Below are positions 58,922 through 64,000 of a DNA stretch of 64,000 nucleotides, in pieces (the stretch's first letter is position 1; the number at the start of each line of letters is the position of its first letter). The translations under genes were made by a program, and so were the position numbers. The notes under the pieces were generated by a model, which had not been told where the DNA came from, did not search any database, and saw only the letters and a program-made list of their open reading frames with translations. The stretch is from an uncultured delta proteobacterium (lineage in GTDB: Bacteria > Myxococcota_A > Polyangia > Palsa-1104): positions 352,001 through 416,000 of the forward strand of contig CAWAWS010000039.1 in NCBI GenBank assembly GCA_963785725.1, read 5' to 3'.

Positions 58922-60046
58922 ATGCGTATCCAGTGGAATGCTGTCGTCGTTTGCGCGGGATTGAGTCTCGCCGTCGGCTGTGGAAACAAAGAAGCGGCGG
59001 CGCCCAAGACGCCGACCGCCGTGCGCGTGCACGCCGTCGAGCGCTCGGCCTCGCGCAACGCCACGCGCTACTCGGCCACGATCAACCCGGCCTCGCGCGT
59101 CGACATGGCGTTCAAGGTCGGCGGCTACGTGCAGCGCGTCGGCACCGTCAAAGGCGTCGACGGCCGGCAGCGCCTGCTGCAAGAGGGCGATCACGTGAGC
59201 GCCGGCCAAGAGCTGGCGACCGTGCGCGCGGCCGATTACGATCAGAAATTGGCGGAGGCGCGCGCCAGCCTGGCCGAGGCGAAGGCCGCGCGCGAGCAGG
59301 CGCAGATCGACTTCGATCGCGCGTCGAAGCTGTCGGCGACCGAGAGCGTGTCCAAGGCCGAGCTCGACAACGCCCGCGTCAAGCTCGACACGGCGACCGC
59401 GCGCGCCGACGGGGCCAACGTGCGCGTCTCGGAAGCGCAGACGGCGCTCAACGACACGCGGCTGCGCGCGCCCATGAACGGCGTCGTCGCCAAGCGCAAC
59501 GTCGAGCTGGGGACGCTGGCGGCGCCGGGGACGATCGCGTTCTCGATCGTCGATACCTCGTCGGTGAAGGTGGTCTTCGGCGTGCCCGACACCGAGCTCG
59601 AGGCGCTGCGGCTGGGGACGCTGCAGACGGTGACGACGGAGGCCTATCGCGGCCGCGAGTTCATCGGGCACATCACGCGCATCGCGCCGGTCGCCGATCC
59701 GAAGAGCCGCGTGTTCGAGGTCGAAGTGACGCTCGACAACGCCGAGCAGGAGCTGAAGCCGGGCATGATCGCGGCGCTCAAGATCAGCGACTCGGGCGTG
59801 GCGCCGCCGCTGACGGTGCTGCCGCTCAACGCCGTCGTGCGCTCGCCCGGTCACGCCGGTCGCTTCGCCGTGTTCGTCGTCGATCCGCGCACCCAGCCGC
59901 CCGTCGTCAAGCTGCGCGAGGTCGAGCTCGGCGAATTCTTGGGCAACCAGATCCCGATTCGCGCCGGTCTCGGCGACGGCGATCGCGTAGTCGTGCAGGG
60001 CGCGACCCTCGTCAGCGACGGCGAGCAGGTGCAGGTGATCCCGTGA
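58922..60046 (+). CDS. RND efflux periplasmic adaptor (MFP), lipoprotein
   Basis: LAVGC lipobox; AFKVGG, LRAPMNGVV, ADPKSRVFEVEV, LKPGMIA. Confidence 0.92.
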   Translation: MRIQWNAVVVCAGLSLAVGCGNKEAAAPKTPTAVRVHAVERSASRNATRYSATINPASRVDMAFKVGGYVQRVGTVKGVDGRQRLLQEGDHVSAGQELATVRAADYDQKLAEARASLAEAKAAREQAQIDFDRASKLSATESVSKAELDNARVKLDTATARADGANVRVSEAQTALNDTRLRAPMNGVVAKRNVELGTLAAPGTIAFSIVDTSSVKVVFGVPDTELEALRLGTLQTVTTEAYRGREFIGHITRIAPVADPKSRVFEVEVTLDNAEQELKPGMIAALKISDSGVAPPLTVLPLNAVVRSPGHAGRFAVFVVDPRTQPPVVKLREVELGEFLGNQIPIRAGLGDGDRVVVQGATLVSDGEQVQVIP

Positions 60047-63000
60047 GCGAGCCCGAAAACAAGCCGCACGGCGGGCACGAATCGGACGAAACGATCGTCG
60101 CCACGCATCGCAACACGGCGCGCTATTTCACCGAGACGCGGCAGGTCTCGTGGGTGCTGCTCGTCGGCACGGTGTTGTGGGGCATCTACGCGTACGTGCG
60201 CATGCCGAAGGCGAAAGATCCGCTGGTGCCGGTGCGCATCGCGGTCGCGACCTGCACGTGGCCGGGCGCGTCGGCGGAGAAGGTCGAGCAGCTCGTCACG
60301 CGCAAGATGGAGCAGAAGATCGCCGAATCCTCGAAGGTCGAGAAGATCGAGTCGATCTCGCGCACCAGCGTCTCGATCGTCTATGTGACGTTGAAGGAAG
60401 AGGTCGTCGATCGCGGCAAGGAGTTCGACGACATCAAGCTCAAGCTCGACAGCATTCGCGATCTACCGTCGGGCGCGCAGCCGATCAACTTCATCAAGGA
60501 CTTCGGCGATACGGCGGCGCTGCTCTTGACGGTGGCGAGCCCGAAAGTGGGCGACGTCGAGCTCGAGCTGCGGGCGCGCGCCATCAGCCACGCCATCACC
60601 GGCGTGCGCAACGGCGTGAACCAGGGACACGCGACGCTGATCGTGGCCTTTCCGCCGTCGATCAACTCGGCGCCGCTGCGTCGTGCCGGGCAAGAGGCGG
60701 CGCGCGCGCTCGGCGACGCGTCGGGCGCGGCGCGGCTCATCGAAGGCCCGGGTTTTCTCGGCATCGACTTGGAGACCACGCAGACCGACACGCAGCTCGT
60801 GCAAGGCCTGTTGCAGTTTGCGCGCGAGCGTTTGCGGCTGAGCGAGCTGCATCCCGACGTCTGGCGGCCGGTCGTCATTCGCGATCCGAAAGATGCCGTC
60901 AAGCAGCTGCAATCGGTCATCGGCGATCGCTACAGCTTCCGCCAGCTCGACGAATATACCGACACGATCCAGCGCTATTTGCAGACGGTGTCGCAGGTGT
61001 CGAAGGTGACGCGCTCGGGCGTGTTGCCGGAGCAGATCTACCTCGATTATTCGCAAGAGCGGCTGGCGGCGTACGGGCTGCAGCCGAATCAGCTCGGCGA
61101 CGTCTTGCAGGCGCGCAACATCACCGTTCCCGGCGGCAACGTCGAGATCGACGGCAAGAACGTCACCATCGATCCGTCGGGCGAGCTGCACTCGGAGACC
61201 GAGATCGGCGACATCCTCGTCGGCGGCGGCAGCGGCGATCAGCAGTATCTGCGCAACTTGGTCGAGGTCTCGCGCGACTATCAGAGCCCGGCGCGTTACC
61301 TGAATTTTCTCGACGTGCGCAACCCCGACGGCACGTTCACGCGCACGCGCGCCATCACGCTGGCCGTGCAGATGCGGCCGGGCGAGCAGATCGCCGACTT
61401 CGGCAACGCCGTCGACAAGCGGCTCGCGGACGTCAAGCGGCTGTTGCCGGAGGATCTGATCTTGCGGCGCACGAGCGATCAGCCGCTGCAAGTGCACGAG
61501 AACGTCGACCTGTTCATGTCGAGCCTGTACGAGGCGATCGCGCTCGTGGTCGTCGTCGGGCTCATCGGGTTCTGGGAGTGGCGTTCGGCGCTCCTCTTGG
61601 CGCTGTCGATTCCGATCACGCTGGCGATGACGTTCGGCTTCATGCACCTCCTCGGCATCGACATTCAGCAGATCTCGATCGCGTCGTTGATCTTGGCGCT
61701 CGGCCTGCTCGTCGATGATCCGGTCGTGGCCGGCGACGCCATCAAACGCTCGCTCGCCGACGGCTGGCGGCCGCTCGTCGCCGCCTGGCTCGGGCCGACC
61801 AAGCTGGCGACGGCGATCTTGTTCGCGACGATCACCAACATCGTCGCCTATCTGCCGCTGCTGGCGATCGGCGGCGACGTCGGGCAGTTCATCTTCACCT
61901 TGCCGGTCGTGCTCACGTGCTCTTTGATCGCGTCGCGCATCGTGTCGATGACGTTCATCCCGCTCATCGGCTACTACTTGCTGCGGCCGAGCAAGAAGCA
62001 CGAGCCGACGTTGGCCGAGCGCCGGCAGACCGGCTTTGGTCACTACTATTATCTCGCGGTCGGCTGGGCGATCGATCATCGCAAGTGGGTCTTGTCGGGC
62101 GCGTTCGTCATGCTCGTGCTCGGTTTTGCCGGCGCGCGCGGCTTGAAGACGGCGTTTTTCCCGCAAGATCTGTCGTATCTGTCCTACGTCGACGTGTGGC
62201 TGCCGGAGGACGCGCCCTTGTCGGCGACGCGCGACGTCGTCGAGAAGGCCGAGCACGTCATCATCGACACCGCGGCCAAATACGGCGCGGAGCACGGCGA
62301 GAAGGACGTGCTGACGTCGCTGACGTCGTTCGTCGGCGGCGGCGGGCCGCGCTTTTGGTTCTCGGTGTCGCCGGAGCAGCAGCAGCTCAATTACGCGCAG
62401 CTGATCATTCAGGTGAAGGACAAACACGACACGCCGCATATCGTGCCCGTGTTGCAGGCGGCGTTGTCGCGGCAGATCGCCAATGCGCGCTTGGACGTGC
62501 GGCAGCTCGAGAACGGCAAGCCGGTCGGCATTCCCGTGCAGATCCGCATCGCCGGCGACAACATGGACGAGCTGCGCGCGCTGGCCGAAGAGGTCAAGGC
62601 GACGCTGCGGGCGCAGCCGAACGCCGAGCGCGTGCGCGACGACTGGGGCGCCGAGACGTTCACGGTGGCGCTCGAGGTCGATCCCGATCGCGCGAATCTG
62701 GCGGGCGTGACCAACATGGACGTGGCGCTGTCGTCGGCGGTGGCGATGAACGGGCGCGCGCTGTCGTCGCTGCGCGAGAACGATCGGCAGATTCCCATCG
62801 TCGCGCGCTTGCGCGCCGAGGAGCGCGCGCAGCTCGACGACATCCAGAGCTTGTACGTGACGTCGCAGCACGGGCCGCAGAAGGTGCCGCTCGGGCAGGT
62901 GTCGCGCGTCGCCTATCGGCTAGAGACCGAGAAGATTCGCCGGCGCAATCAGTTTCGCACCATCACCGTCAGCTGCTTTCCCACGGCGGGCGTGCTGCCG

Positions 63001-63655
63001 TCGGAGGTCGTCAAAGCGGCGGAGCCGGCGATCGAGAAGATCGCCAAGGCGGCGCCGCCGGGCTACGAGATCGTCATCGGCGGCGAAAAAGAGGAGCAGA
63101 CCAAAGGCTTCGGGCAGCTCGTGGTCGTGCTCGGGCTGTCGATCTTCGCGATCTTCCTGGCGCTGGTCGTGCAGTTCAAGTCGGCGGTCAAGCCGGTGGT
63201 CGTGTTCGCGGCGATTCCGTTCGGCGTCGCGGGCGCGCTGGTGTCGCTGCGCGTGATGGCGGCGCCGTTCGGCTTCATGGCCTTCTTGGGCATCGTCAGC
63301 TTGATCGGCGTCATCGTCAGCCACGTGATCGTGCTGTTCGACTTCATCGAGGAGGCGCACGAGAAGGGCGAATCGCTTGCGCGATTCGCTGCTCGATGCC
63401 GGCATCGTGCGCTTGCGGCCGGTGCTGATCACCGTCGGTGCGACCGTGCTCGGCCTGGTGCCGCTGGCGGTGCACGGCGGGCCGCTGTGGCAGCCGCTGT
63501 GCTACGCGCAGATCGGCGGGTTGACGGTGGCGACGGTGTTGACGCTCGTGCTCGTGCCCGTCATTTACTCGGCGGTCGTGCTCGATCTGAAGTGGATCAA
63601 GTGGGAGCGCACGAACGGGCACGACGACGACCTGAAGCGCATGCCGCACGTCTGA
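60043..63655 (+). CDS. AcrB/AcrD/AcrF-family RND permease (1-nt insertion near 63376; missing from the ORF track)
   Basis: GTG60043 frame: RNTARYFTETRQ, WPGASAEKVEQLVT, INFIKDFGD, LALGLLVDDPVV, GGPRFW. After EKGES the protein continues as LRDSLLDAGIVRLRPVLIT in ORF 63377-63655. Confidence 0.92.
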
Positions 63656-63701
63656 CGCCGGCATCGGCGCCGGCGGACGCGATTGTCGCCGGCGCGGCGC
63701 C

Positions 63702-63743
63702 GGCATTCGCGCTCATCGTGGCGACGCGCGAACCTTTACTCGT
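63702..63743. repeat. 42-bp repeat, inverted partner of 56553-56594
   Basis: GGCATTCGCGCTCATCGTGGCGACGCGCGAACCTTTACTCGT; its end also pairs locally (TTACTCGTG...CACGAGTAA, 63736-63767). Confidence 0.9.
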
Positions 63744-63876
63744 GCTAGCAACGATCGCCACGAGTAAGACTCCCCGCGTCAAGAATCCGCGGCAAACGTG
63801 GGGCGATATGCTCCGTTCGGGGGATCGACTCCCCGTCGCGCCGACTGGGCGGTCATTCATTCCGGCGACTTCCGCT

Positions 63877-63893
63877 TTGGCGCGGCGATTGCT
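63877..63893 (+). promoter_or_regulatory. Putative sigma54 promoter
   Basis: TTGGCGCGGCGATTGCT with GG-N10-GC spacing, about 45 nt before ATG63938. Confidence 0.65.
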
Positions 63894-63937
63894 GTTGTCC
63901 TCGAGCGGTGCGTCAAGCGTTTGCAACCGAATCAGGC

Positions 63938-64000
63938 ATGCGCAGCGAAGAGCCGCTCGTTTTGTACGGCGATTCGTCGCCCTTCCCGTACGGCATCGAC
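63938..64000 (+). CDS. 5' end of a hypothetical protein (partial)
   Basis: MRSEEPLVLYGDSSPFPYGID, open to the window end, downstream of a sigma54-like promoter. Confidence 0.55.
   Translation, partial: MRSEEPLVLYGDSSPFPYGID

Noticed and set aside
60463..62871. Long antisense or alternative-frame ORFs (e.g. 60463-62871, 40790-43051, 24224-26683, 45262-47523, most of 14066-16765)
   Set aside because: Arg/Ala/Gly-rich shadows of real genes, expected in high-GC DNA; no recognisable motifs.
63800..63845. GGGGGATCGACTCCCC resembling a tRNA/tmRNA T-arm
   Set aside because: Loop lacks TTC; no acceptor stem, anticodon arm or CCA could be built.

Overview
High-GC (roughly 70% by eye) bacterial chromosome segment. 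The gene families (many orphan receivers, Cys-rich and VWA lipoproteins, sigma54 promoters, sterol-type enzymes) suggest Myxococcota/Polyangia; this is an inference. About 55 CDSs; no rRNA, tRNA, CRISPR array, transposase or integrase was found. Main blocks: (1) a ThDP-dependent enzyme inside a signalling cluster (1.9-6.2 kb); (2) a tightly coupled, atypical four-gene His-Asp-His-Asp-like relay ending in a sigma54 activator whose receiver carries a C-x8-C-x5-C-x3-H insertion, followed by a sigma54-promoter-driven gene (14.1-18.7 kb); (3) an M16 peptidase pair, a beta-barrel protein, a large Cys-rich lipoprotein and two VWA lipoproteins (19.8-28.8 kb); (4) glnS (with a Trbp111-like C-terminal domain) and gltX; (5) a four-gene sterol/steroid-modification-like cluster: EXPERA, SDR, 5-alpha-reductase, 3-beta-HSD-like (32.6-35.7 kb); (6) a GltD-like/korAB operon; (7) YfiR, histidine kinase and TonB-dependent receptor; (8) a heavily frameshifted ABC exporter pair; (9) a TetR-TolC-MFP-RND cassette bracketed by 42-bp inverted repeats. 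Several dispersed and tandem intergenic repeats occur. Single-base indels at about 4235, 15030, 51.9-54.4 kb and 63376 look like long-read consensus errors. All functional calls come from motif recognition by eye, not from database searches.
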